Source: Antedon mediterranea
Lineage: Eukaryota; Animalia; Echinodermata
Direction of reading: 5' to 3'
NCBI RefSeq assembly: GCF_964355755.1
Contig: NC_092672.1
Coordinates: forward strand, 27,596,437-27,660,436
Length of the DNA stretch: 64,000 nucleotides
Positions within the stretch are counted from its first letter, which is position 1. Each line of letters starts with the position of its first letter. A program made the position numbers and the translations under genes. The notes beneath the pieces are model-generated. The model saw nothing but the letters and a program-made list of their open reading frames with translations, was not told the DNA's origin and made no database searches. Positions 39,756-52,200 of the stretch are shown here, one piece after another.

Positions 39756-42700
39756 TAGTAGGCCTGTTAAGTGACCCAATCCTTCAAATTGTGATAACAT
39801 TCTGAAACTTTGCACAGTTATTCATTAGGGTGTCAAAAATATGAAATGGAAGGGTTGCACAGAATTTGGTCAGGGGAAAGCCGCCATTTTGGATTTCAAA
39901 ATGGCGGACCCAAATTGTTCACTTTTCAGGTATATCTCTGCTAAATAGGCACATAGAGTTCTGAATTTAGGTGCAAATTATATGGTAATGGGGTAACCCA
40001 ACATATTGGTATAACTAACATTTTAATTGCATGGCGGCCATTTTGGATTTCAAAATGGCGGACTTCAAATTTTCACTTTTTAGGTATTTTCTCTGCAAAA
40101 GAGGCACCTAGTGTTCTGATTTTAGGTCCAAATTATATGGTAGTGGGGTCACCAAACATACTGGTATAACTAACATTTTGATTCCATTGCGGCCATGTTG
40201 GATTTCAAAATGGCGGATTTCAAATTTCCATTTTTCAGGTATATCTCTGCTAAAAAGGCACCTAGAGTTCTGATTTTAGGTGCAAATTATATGTTAATGG
40301 GGTCACCAAACATATTGGTACAGTATAACTAACATTTTGATTGCACACGGCGGCCATTTTGGATTTCAAAATGGCGGACTTCAAATTTTCACTTTTCAGG
40401 TATCTCTGCTAAAAAGGTACACAGAGTTCTGATTTTAGGTGCCAATTATATGGTAATGGGTCACCAAACATATTGGCATTTAACTGACATTTTTATTGCA
40501 TGGCGGTCATTTTGAATAGTACGGTACCTACAGTTATAATTTTAGGTACAAAGTATAATATAGTATTGAGGTCAACAAACATATTAGTATAACGTCATTG
40601 ATTGCATGGCGGCTATTTTGAATGTAGCTCAACCCGTATGGCTTTACACTATTTGTTTATGTTCATAATTACATGCATTTAACACGGACACTTATTGTAG
40701 GTCACATTTTCCCTGGCAACCACACAGCTCTGTACATCGTAAATCACTCTTTCTGCATTTACAGCATCCAAGATCACAGTCAGTGTGTCCAAAGCGAATT
40801 AAAACCTTTGTGACATCTGAAAGTTCTCCAAGCAATGAACTCCAAGCTGGACTAAATTTGTTGCCCTCCTTCCTCTATCCCCAGTTCGCTGGGTCCTGTT
40901 CAACCCTGAATGCATCTAGACAGTCGTACCACTTCCTGGCTTCCGTTACACATGTTCTCTTAATGCCGCAGATGTTGAGGGATATTTTCAATAGGCTTTT
41001 TCTTGTTGTAAAAAGATATCGTATTGCATCATTAAATGTTCTGCAGTAGACATAGTTACAACAAACTGTTCTAGATAATCTGTGTCTGTTTCACTAACAT
41101 GCCCTGCAGACAATGACATCCTCTCAAAAATTGGAATGAAAGAACAAGTAAGCGGCTGATGCTTGTGATCCAAGAGAAGAAGCAATCTCGTGTATTAAGA
41201 TGTACTTCAAGTGCTTCCCCACTCCTAACTCGATCAGAAGCTTGTGGATGCCAGGTATTCTGTGGAAAGCTGACAACAACATCACTGTGTACAGTCTTGA
41301 CAATGCGTGGACAATTTCAGCGGCAAGTTTAACGTGAACAAACATACGTTCATCTGCCTCTTCTATGTTACATGGCATCAGCGATTGTATATTTACTGGT
41401 TTGTTACAGCTCTGTCTCCCAAAGACCCTACAAACATTCCGTGATTTGTGCCAATGTTCTCTACTACTTCAGTTACAATAAATGAAAACAACTCTGATTT
41501 GTTGTCATCAAATCTAAAAAATGTGGTCCAATTGTTGGGCATGCTCCCGCTGGCTTTAACGACCCTCCTTACACCAGAAACGTGGTTTGAACGCGTACCA
41601 GACTTTAAACTGTCATTAAAGTATCTATCGAAAAACAAATCTAGTTGTGTCACTGATCGAAGTTGACACAAATCACGGAATGTTTGTAGGGTCTCTAGGA
41701 GACAGAACTGCAACAAACCAGTCTGTAAATATACAACTGCTGATGCCATGTAACATAGAGGCAGATGAATGTATGTTTGTTCATGTTAAACATGCCGCTG
41801 AAATTTTTCCGCGCATTCTTGTCAAGACTGTAGACAGTGATGTTATTGTTATTGCATTGTCAGCTTTCCACAGAATACCAGGATCCACGAGCTTTGGATC
41901 GAGTTTGGAGTGGGGAAGCACATCCCAATACACGAGATTGTTTCTTCTCTTGGACCACAAGCATCAGCCGCTTACTTGTTCTTTCATTCCTTTAGCGGTT
42001 GTGATACAACTTCATCTGTTCAAGGAAAAGGTAAAGCTACATTTAACGAGACTTGGAAAAAGATGCCATGAATGACTTCAGTTTTCGATAGGATGTCATT
42101 GTCTGTAAGGTAAAGTGTCGAGACCTAAGCTAATGATAATGGCCGTGGTGCCCATCTCCATTTCTTTAGCGTTTGAGCCAGACTCCACTAAGTGTGTATG
42201 TTTGTGGGGGTACGCCACTCCTCCCGCACAAACGATTTACCTTCCCAGTACTTTTTACATACCGGTACCCATTTCTATCATCTGGGTGGGGAGGAACAAT
42301 GTGGATAAAGAATCTTGCTTAAGGACTCAACACTGCAGTGACCGACCGAGCTTGAACCAGCAACCTCTTGATTGCAAGTCCAATGCTCTAACCACTGCGC
42401 CACAGTGCTCCACACTCCATTGTCTGTAGGGGATGTTAGTGAAACAGTTCATTGCTGGAACTTTCAGATGTCACAAAGGTTTTAATTCGCTGTGGACACA
42501 CCGACTGTGATCTTGGATGCTGTAAACGCAGAAAGAGTGATTTACGATGTACAGAGCTGTGTGGTTGCCAGGGAAAATGTGACCTACAATAAGTGTCCAT
42601 GTTAAATGCATGTAACTATAAACATAAACAAATAGTGTAAAGCCAGTACAATTTGAGCTACGTTCAAAATGGCCGGCGGCGGCAATGCAATCACAGACGT

Positions 42701-43426
42701 TATACCAATATGTTTGGTGACCCATTACCATATAATTTGCACCTAAAATCAGAACTCTGTGTACCTTTTTAGCAGAGATATACCTGAAAAGTGAAAATTT
42801 GGGGTCCGCCATTTTGAAATCCAAAATGGCCACCATGCAATCAAAATGTTAGTTATACTATTATTGGTGACCCCATTACCATATAATTTGCACCTAAAAT
42901 CAGAACTCTAGGTGCCTTTTTAGCAGAGATATACCTGAAAAGTGAAAATTTGAAGTCCGCAATTTTGAAATCCAACATGGCTGCCATGCAATCAAAATGT
43001 TAGTTGTACCAATATTTTTGGTGACCCCACTACCATATAATTTGCACCTAAAATCAGAACTCTAGGTGCCTTTTTAGCAGAGATATACCTGAAAAGTGAA
43101 AATTTGGGGTCCGCCATTTTGAAATCAAACATGGCCGCCATGCAATCAAAATGTTAGTTATACCAATATGTTTGGTGACCCCACTACCATATAATTTGCA
43201 CCTAAAATCAGAACTCTAGGTGCCTTTTTAGCAGAGATATACCTGAAAAGTGAAAATTTGGGGTCTGCCATTTTGAAATCCAAAAAGGCGGCTTTCCCCT
43301 GACCAAATTTTGTGCAACCCTTCCATTTCATGTTTTTGACACACTAATGAATAACTGTGCAAAGTTTCAAAATATTATCACAATTTGAAGGATTTGCCTA
43401 AAATATGCACCTTAACATGCCTACTA
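39756..43426. mobile_element. Fold-back Academ-type transposon derivative with 3-bp TSD
   Basis: Termini TAGTAGGC.TGTTAA / TTAACA.GCCTACTA, with gtt on both flanks. Subterminal tandem repeats of about 155 bp (gccattttggatttcaaaatggcgg). Decayed ORF on both strands: EEADERMFVH, KTVDSDV, FHSFSGCDTTS, Cys-rich tail. Confidence 0.85.
42108..42417 (-). mobile_element. tRNA-derived SINE with 11-bp TSD
   Basis: Minus-strand A box TGGCGCAGTGG and B box GGTTCAAGC. TSD cattgtctgta at 42097-42107 and 42418-42428. The empty site is present in the mirror arm at about 41100-41120. Confidence 0.85.
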
Positions 43427-46285
43427 GTTTAACAAAATGACTAAACAAATAGTATAGTTTATTACGAAACAAATCAAAATGAAACGTGTTCTAAGTACAT
43501 ATAAGGGCGTTTTTTTATTAAAACCTAAAATACTACAAATGCAAAAAGACAACTGTACAAACAAATAATATTGCATCCATAAATTTAACCTCATTGACGG
43601 AGGTAATAAAGGTCTTACAATCAAGGAAGCATGTTTTGCAAATATGATTTAAGAATATGGATCCAGTCATAGGTTCAACCAGTACTGTTAGTATTCTCAC
43701 AGCCAAACATCAAAGGTCTAGGTTACGAGCCCGAGTTACATAATTGTACAACTCATAATTATTAGTTTCGTCTGTGATGATGATTTTCTCAAGACTTTGA
43801 TCATCCCGCTTTTTCACATGAGTAGGGATACCGGTCACTTTCGCTTATACCGAATCTGGTTTACGTTTTCAATACGGAAATTACCTTTAATGTAAATGTT
43901 TGTATTAAAAAGCCAAACATTTTACCAAAGTTCTGTCAACCATTGCAATAAACAGGACAATTAACAGTGTAGTTATATTAACAGGAACAAATCAATACTC
44001 TAATGGTCCTACTTAAATTCAATATTGGATAACAATAAGTTTAAGATGTACTTCATAAATTCGTGATAAAATAAAGTCAACATTTAATATAGACATAATA
44101 CCTATGAGAACACTAAACACTTGATTAAAGCAGCCGGGCGTATAACTACAAGTATTGTATTCAAATTTAGTGTGAATTTGCAACAAGAGCTGTATAAATA
44201 CACCACGCCCACAGTATAATTTACAGTAAGAGTTAGGCTGCCGCCGCATCTACAATCAACAGTAACAAAAGTTATGTATTTTACATTGCATATTTTTGTG
44301 TTTGCTCTCTTAGTCAGTTGGGAAACAATTAGTGGTGAGTGAACTTTTAAATGATTATTTAATACATTTTTTTGTTGACAACGACACTCCAAGAAAGCTA
44401 CTTCCCTGAAGTAACTAATTATAACTACAGTCTGGTGGAGCTGTTAGCAGTTTGCTATCTCTCACCCCCCCCCCCCCCCCACCACCCAAAGGCAAAGGGA
44501 AGTATGGTACAACATGATAGTTTGAGTAATCAAGCAAAACGTGTTTTGTACTAGCCGTTCTTAATGGTGAAATTTGTTTATATGAGCTTATTTGATTTTT
44601 ATAGGTAGTTATAAGACTATTCTAGATATAATAATAAAAAAAATTGTGTGTGTGTGTTATTTTAGCTCAAAATGTCCCTTACTTCCTTCTGCTTTGGTAT
44701 TATGAGCGCACTATGTTGGAAAAAACTATATTGAAAGGAAGCAAATCCATATTAATTATAGTAAATCATGGTCACATGGAAAATCAAATTATAAATTAAT
44801 GGTAAGCAGTATCCTCTACATTAATTATTACACAAAACCAGTATATCAAACTTTGATTTACATAAAATAGACATATTAAACATAATTACTTGAAAAATCT
44901 CCTGAAATATTTTTTTTTTCGTTCTAGAAAATATTTCATACCCAAAAATTTTAATTATTAACTCATAATACATGCAAATATTTCTCAATCATCACAATTA
45001 CTATATCTTCTGTGAATATGATACTTTTTTTAAATTTTTTTTATTCATTTGGTAGAACAAAAAAAAAAAAACAGGGACAATTCAATTAATTGTTTTTAAC
45101 ATTAAGACTAGGCGAGGTCTTGAGTGCTACAAACAATACAAAAAACTACAATACAAAAATAATTTTACTCCCTAACGCTTGTTATTTTAAAACAGTGTAG
45201 TCACAATACAAATTGGATGGTTAAAAATGTTGCATGGTAATAACAAATATATAAGATGAAATAAAAATGTCGGGCTTTTAATAAACATAAACATTTACGA
45301 CACATTTTGGAAAGCATGTGCTTCATCCCTTGTAGTCGTACTCGCATAAAATATGATATGTGATTTGTGTTTCTGTACTGTTTCATTTTATAATTCTACT
45401 TTTACTTAATATAACCTAAATACTGGCCAATATTCAATTGAAAATTGTCATGATCCAGTACCTACTAGCTGTCTGTCAAATTTTATTTTAATACTATATA
45501 ATAATTATAATTTATGTCAAACATTTCAGATTACAACATTTGTATTTATTTGAAGTAGGCCTAACACTCTGTAAGTCTTTGAAAACAAAATGCATAAAAT
45601 CATAAATTAAAACATTTGTTGGTATTTTGGTTAGAATCATCTTTATTTTGGAGTAAATTCTGCAAGAAATAAATGGTTTAATCAATCGATTGGAAAAGAT
45701 ACTTCCCTGGGACAGCCATAATACTGCAATCGGATTAGCTAGCGCTTATATAATGGTACAAGCTTGTCTCATACTTCCTTTGCCTTGGTTTTATTGTCAA
45801 AAAGTGAACATACTTCCTAATTATGATATTAATATCTCGCTTAATATCAGGTTTCTGGCAATGATTTTTAGTTTAAAATGTGCAGAATGATCCCCTGAAT
45901 CATGTACGACCCATAACTCATTTTAAAAAAAAATTCCCATACCTTCCCTTCTTTGCCATAGGGTGGGGGAGGGGAGCATGTTGGTTAACGTGCTTGCCTT
46001 CCAATCTACAGTGTTCTAATTCACGACTCCACTCCACTCCACTCCTCAAATGATTCTGTAGTTGCCGTGTCTTGCTGTTGAATATGAAATATAAACAAAT
46101 TAAGTTTTCAATTTGGATCTTGACACATTGCACTGATTGGTAAAGGCCTGGGTCTACGGTTATCAAACTTCCGTACTTAGAATGTATTAGTTTCTCGGAC
46201 TTTTATTTTATTCTAGACTACTGTTTTAAATTGTAGAAATAAATTATTTAATTAACTTAACTAGCTTACCTCTTTTGTATGTTAG

Positions 46286-49200
46286 GTACATCATCGAACC
46301 ATTCTGTTAAACTTGTCGATGGTACAGACTTCGGTAATGGTAAGCTACTGGTGCGGAGAAGCGGCACGTGGTATTTTTTTTGTAATACTTGGGATATGGA
46401 AGACACTGAAGTTGTCTGTAGACAACTTGGTTATGAAGGAAGTGTATCGTATACTAAAGCGTCAGGCAGTCGAACAACGGAACTTGGTGATACCTTTTCA
46501 AAGTATAGTAACAACTACGGATACTATTGCCAAGGAACTGAAACACATCTTTCAAATTGTCCTGAAAGATACCAGGGATACTCTTCCTGTGATTATGTTT
46601 TAATTACCTGTTCAAGTAAGTTAATTTGCTGTTTTTTGCGTTACTTGTAATGAACAATAACTTTCAATTGTCAGAGTTGACAGAGGACAATTCAAGCCTA
46701 CTTTACAACGCATACACACCTATCCGACTGCTTTTACACACACCTCTCCATACATTCCTCAAAGCAAATGCACATAAATAACGGTGCCGTAGAAATGTTA
46801 TTTAATTAAATTTACGTAAGTAAATATACTAAAAGAGCTGCATAAAGGGTAAATAGAAAAAATAAAAATCAAACAAGTTAAAACTGCTTCCATATAAATT
46901 TATTAATACGACATGCTCCGGGCATAGCCCATCATCAGGTGAAGAGAATTGTAACAAAGGATAACTTGTATAAAAACAATCACTATTGATTGAACGAGTT
47001 GTAGGCCTACGGTACTGTACATCAGTCTCGTGTCTAAATAAAGTCACAAAATTACATATAAAACAAATCATAAATTTCAAGTGTGAATATGGTAGAGACA
47101 ACAATGAAATGATGCGAGAAATAACCAGTATGTAATGTTTCAATATAGCAGCCTTTTATTCTCTATTCCTTTCTCTACTCTTCTCTACCCATGCGGCTCC
47201 TCTGCTGCCCTCATCGGCAAACTATCGGATACCACATTTCCCCCTCTCTATAAAGAGCATGCGACAATAAAACATCTAAAACTAACCATATAATCAACTC
47301 TTAAACATCCATAATATAATCTCTAATCCAACTAGGTGGATTTCGATTCCTTCTTCTTCTACGAGGTTCTGCTAAGTTATTTGCTATGTTCTTTGAAGGA
47401 ATATTATCTGAAATGGGAAGCTCAATTAAATCACTATCATCAAAGTCTATCATCTATCTATCAAGGAGCCAAATACTTAACATTCCATTTTTGCCCATTA
47501 GTCATGATATAGGCATATTGACCAAGTTTCTGTCTGATTGTAACTGGTTCAGTGAATTTACTCTTCCCCTTACGTACCCTCTAAGGTTTCTTAATTCTAA
47601 CCACATCTCCAGGGTTGAAATATCTGTTTTAACACGTTTACGCATGTCATAGCTCTCCTTGGATTGTGCTGGTCGCTCTTTAACTCTATGGTCTACTTCC
47701 TCAGGTTTTAATTGAGGGGGGTTGTTAGTAACACCTGCAATATCTAGCATATTTCTCAAATGTAGTCCATGCAATAAAACCGAAGGAGTTTCGCCAGTAG
47801 TGGCATAACGCGTTGCCCGATATGTGCCTAAACACTCTGTGAGTGCAAGTCTCACTGGTCGCTTTTCCAATCTCGCTGTGTGGATAGTTTCATTCAGAAT
47901 TCGATTAAACCGTTCAATCGTACTATTCCCTTCAGGGTGGTAAACCGTGGAAAATCTGTGTTTGATATTTTGCTTAGCGAGAAACTTTTCAAATTCTCGG
48001 CTTGTCAACTGTGTCCCATTATCTGAAAGTATCTCATCAGGGTAACCTTCTCTACTGAAAACTTCAATTAAGAACGTAATTAGAGTTTTTGCAGTGATGT
48101 CTGAACAAAACGAAACTTCAGGCCATTTACTACAGTAATCAATCAGGGAAATTATATAACGCTCGTTTGCCGGAGCCGATTAATCTGCTCCTACAAAATC
48201 AATATCCAATTTTTTCCATGGGAGTTCTGGTAAGGATACTGGTTGCATTGGGGCAATTTAGCTGACCTGGCAAGTCACACAGTGTTTAATTGCCTCAGAA
48301 CGTGTACATCTATTTTAGGCCACCAGTAAAGGTCACGTAATCGCTGTTTAGTTCGAACTATACCCTGATGGTTTTTATGCGCAAATTGAACTAACTGAGC
48401 AGTAAGTATTGAAGGTACAACAACATGCTGACCCCTAAATATAATCCCATTGTGAGTAGCTAACTCATCCTTAATTCGGTGGTACGGCTGTACACTTTCT
48501 GGAATATCTTTTTTGTTATTAGGCCAACCCGAATTTAGGTGTGCTTTAAGCTGTGTACAGACCTCATCATCCGTTCGTAGCATTTTCTAATTCTGTTTTC
48601 GTTGTGGCTTTATATGCATCCGATAGAACAATTTGACAAACCGCATCGTCATCATCCTCATTTATAGCTGAATCGGACGTTTGTATTGGTAATCGCGAAT
48701 GGGAGTCTGCAATTTTATTTTGTGCACCCGGTTTGTATTCCACCTTATATTTATAATGAAGCAAACGTGCGCCCCATCGCGCAATACGCATTGGTCTACG
48801 ACCTGTACCTTTTGAAGAAAGTACAGTTATTAACGCCTGGTGGTCTGTGCGAAGTAAAGTGTCTCCCCCACAGGTAAGTATGCCATTTTTCGACCGCCCA
48901 CACACAGACAAGTGCTTCGCGTTCCCCCACCGAATAATTGCGTTCAGGACCTGTTAACGTTCTAGACGCACATGCCACTGTTACCTGTGTACCATCACGT
49001 GTTATTTGAGTAAAGTACCGCACCGAGGCCATAGCCACTGGCATCAACAACTTTAAGATTCGGATCAAATAATACAAGGCTTGAACTGTTAATAATATCT
49101 AATTTAATATTTTCCAAAGCAGAATTTTCCTCCTCCGTCCAATTGAATGGTTCAGTTACTAGGATCTGCCTCATAGCGTTCACTTTAGATGTGAAATTGG

Positions 49201-52200
49201 GAACAAATTTGGCATAAAATCCTACCAGGCCTAAGATGTTCATTGCTAGTTTAACCAAACTGTATTAAACCATATTTTATTAACTTCATACTATATCCAC
49301 ACAAGTAACATACAGTAACAAATGCATTTTCATTAAAAAAAAAATTTTAACTAGCTAATTTGCATAATTAATTAGCGTTGATTGCATAATTTTCAAAATA
49401 ATGTAGCGCTTTAACCAACTGTCATACATAGTTGATTGAGATGTCAAATTAAAGCTCTTCCCAAGATCTATCCAATGGCCTACATTATATATTATTTAGG
49501 GGGGTATGTGATAAACTATGGAAAAATATCTCATGTTCTGAAAACCAAAATCTCAACTTATGTCATGTGAAAAGTCTGGTACTACCTATATTATTTATTT
49601 TGAGGCCATTAAATAGAGCACACTCTAAAGACCATTTCTGCCCATTTTCAAGTCTGTAGGGGGTGTAGTTCTACTTCTATATTTTTTCAAAATCTGTAAA
49701 ACATTGAAAATTTGAAACATAGGAAATCCCGTGTTCTAATATAATTTGGACAAAAAAATAATACAGCACATGGTATCTAAAAATAGCCTATTGGAATATC
49801 CCCTATATCATGACAAGAGAGGGCAGCAGACACATAAGTTGAAATAACCACTAAAAATGAATTTTCAACATGGTAGGGGTAGTTTTTATCAGTAAAATTT
49901 CAAATTTTTGGTTTGGTTGCCATGGCAACCGGCATGTTATTACCGTTTTTTATTAATTTATTAATAATATTAATATATATTTTAATCAATTTTTTTTTTA
50001 TGTAAGTACAAATACTAAATTACTTAATTATAATGAAAAAAAAAATTGAATAAATTCTCATTTTTAGTTTCCTAACCCACATATAACACCTTTTTAAGAA
50101 TGACTTAAGCTGTTGGCAGTTTGTAGAGGTTGCTGCTTTGGCGATGCCATTCACTAACTCATTACAGTACCTGGATGTATCCCTTGTATCTATGTATCTA
50201 TTACATTACTTTCATTTATTTAACATCAAACTCACATTTATCATTTAAGGTCATGCCTTTCAACCGGGTAAGTACCGCCATTAACGCCCTGTGTCATGTT
50301 CTGCTTTGTCGCGTCCGGAAATAATAATATCATCTGTAAAGCATTGTAAGTTAGGTATTCCAGCCAAGATGGTTGACATCTTCTTTTGAAAACAAGGTGG
50401 GGCCGATGATAAGCCAAGACAAAATGTACGAAAACGAAAAACCCCATCATTTGTTATAAATGGTGTAAGGTTCCGACTACCAGAATCCAACTCGAGCTGG
50501 TGGTAAGCAGACTTAAGATCTAATTTAGAAAAATGAGTTGCTCCTTGCATCTCACTTAATAGCTCTTCAATCGAAGGAAGTGGAAATTTATCTTCCACTA
50601 TAGCTTCATTCGGTTTCCGTAAATCGACACATATTCTGATGTTACCGTTTTTTCCACGCTACCACTAATAGGCGAGATCCACTCAGAAGAGTCAACTTTT
50701 TCAATGATGCCTTCATCGAGAACCGCTTGCCGCACCGTAAATGGAAGTCTACGTAGTTTTTGTTGCACCGGTTTTATACCAGGAGGAACTTTGACCTTAT
50801 GTGTAAAACCTTTAACTTTACCTAGCCTTTCTGAAAACAAACATCGAAACTGTGATTGTACATCATTAAAAGTAGTCTTAAAACACGAAAGTGTGCTCCC
50901 GTCAATATTGATACCAAGGCCTTGAATTAAGTCTTTACCTATTAAACTACTGCCCTTTTAAACCACATAAAGTGTTGTTGTAGCACATTCTGTATTGCAT
51001 TTAACATTAGCTTTAAAACAGCCTACAGTATTTATCTTATGTGTTGTGTAACTTTTATTTGTTTTACACATTTACCTAATTCGTTTCGAGCAAAATGTTT
51101 ATAAAACAATTTAAGAGACAATAAGGATACATCTGATGCCGTATCTACTACTCTAAGTTGCAAATCAATAGAGTTTACTTTGACAGACACCACAACTGAC
51201 TTCTTCTTTGAGGTAGCCATTGTACACAAAACCTCATTTTCTGAATCACTTTCTTCACTGGAGTTTGTACTCGCATACTCTAATTTCTTAACTGATGAAT
51301 TTCGCCCACGGCATACACTCGCAAAATGCCCTTTCAGATCACAGTGGTTACAGTTCTTTAACTTAGCCGCATAGTCTGTAGAGTTTGCTAAATGTTTAGT
51401 AGATCCACACCTGTAACATCTCTTTAGTCTTAGTCTTGATATAACTATCATCAGGCCTATCTGGGTATTTTTAAAATTTAGGCTTAGCCTTTAACTCTGA
51501 GAAAGTGTTGTCTGTGCTAGACGAACTACCCGTCACTTATACTCTTTCAACGCTGTCTCACATTGCCTTGCTATCTTAATAGCTTTATCTAATTTCACTT
51601 CAAGTTCTGTAAGCAATCTTGTTCTAATTTTATTGTTTTTTGTTTCTCCACGAGCTGGTCTCTTAGCATTTCATCGGAAAAAGTTCCAAATTCACATCGT
51701 GACGCAAGTGGGTAGTAAAAAAGTGCGAGGCAGTGAGGGATGGAAGGCAAGCGAGGCAAGTCAGAAAATTATGCGAGGCATCGTTTTACCATCATCAAAA
51801 AATGCGAGGCATCATTTTATAATTTTCCAAAATTGCAAGGCGAGGAAATCACCGAAATTGAAGTAAGCCTAGGCCCGCTAGTTCCCTTTTGCACCTGCCT
51901 TGTATTTTAACTCGACATTTGTTAACCAACTTTATCCTGAATACCACACCTTAGAATTAGTAGGCCTACTTTAATCATGGAGGTATTTTTTATACCTCCA
52001 TGCTTTAATGAAGAAAAATCATATAAAAGTAACTAATCCGGACAATGATACACAAACTCGTGGTAGTTGCTTTAACCGTTCTTTATTCTTCGGTAAAGTC
52101 TGAAACACAAATAAATTCAATGAAAACACGCACAAGGCAGCACAGCTGCGTGTGCAAACAACCCCGCAAAACAGTATAGCAGATACATACAGTCAAACTA

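Noticed and set aside
42330-42417. tRNA gene (Cys-like) on the minus strand
   Set aside because: The acceptor stem does not close. It is the head of a SINE with a body and a TSD.
43788-43805. 16/17-nt match to the oxidoreductase exon 5 end
   Set aside because: Too short, with no donor and no extension on either side. Could be chance.
46908-46946. Hammerhead-like motif on the minus strand (CTGATGA-tgggctatgccc-GGAGC), Penelope-type
   Set aside because: The GAAA core is mutated and helices I and III are not evident. At best a dead relic. Similar cgaaacgtcga motifs near 29240 and 58540 lack the CTGANGA core.
47083-47087. Target-site duplication of the Gypsy element
   Set aside because: Flanks gtgaa and gtata match at only 3 of 5 positions, so no TSD is claimed.
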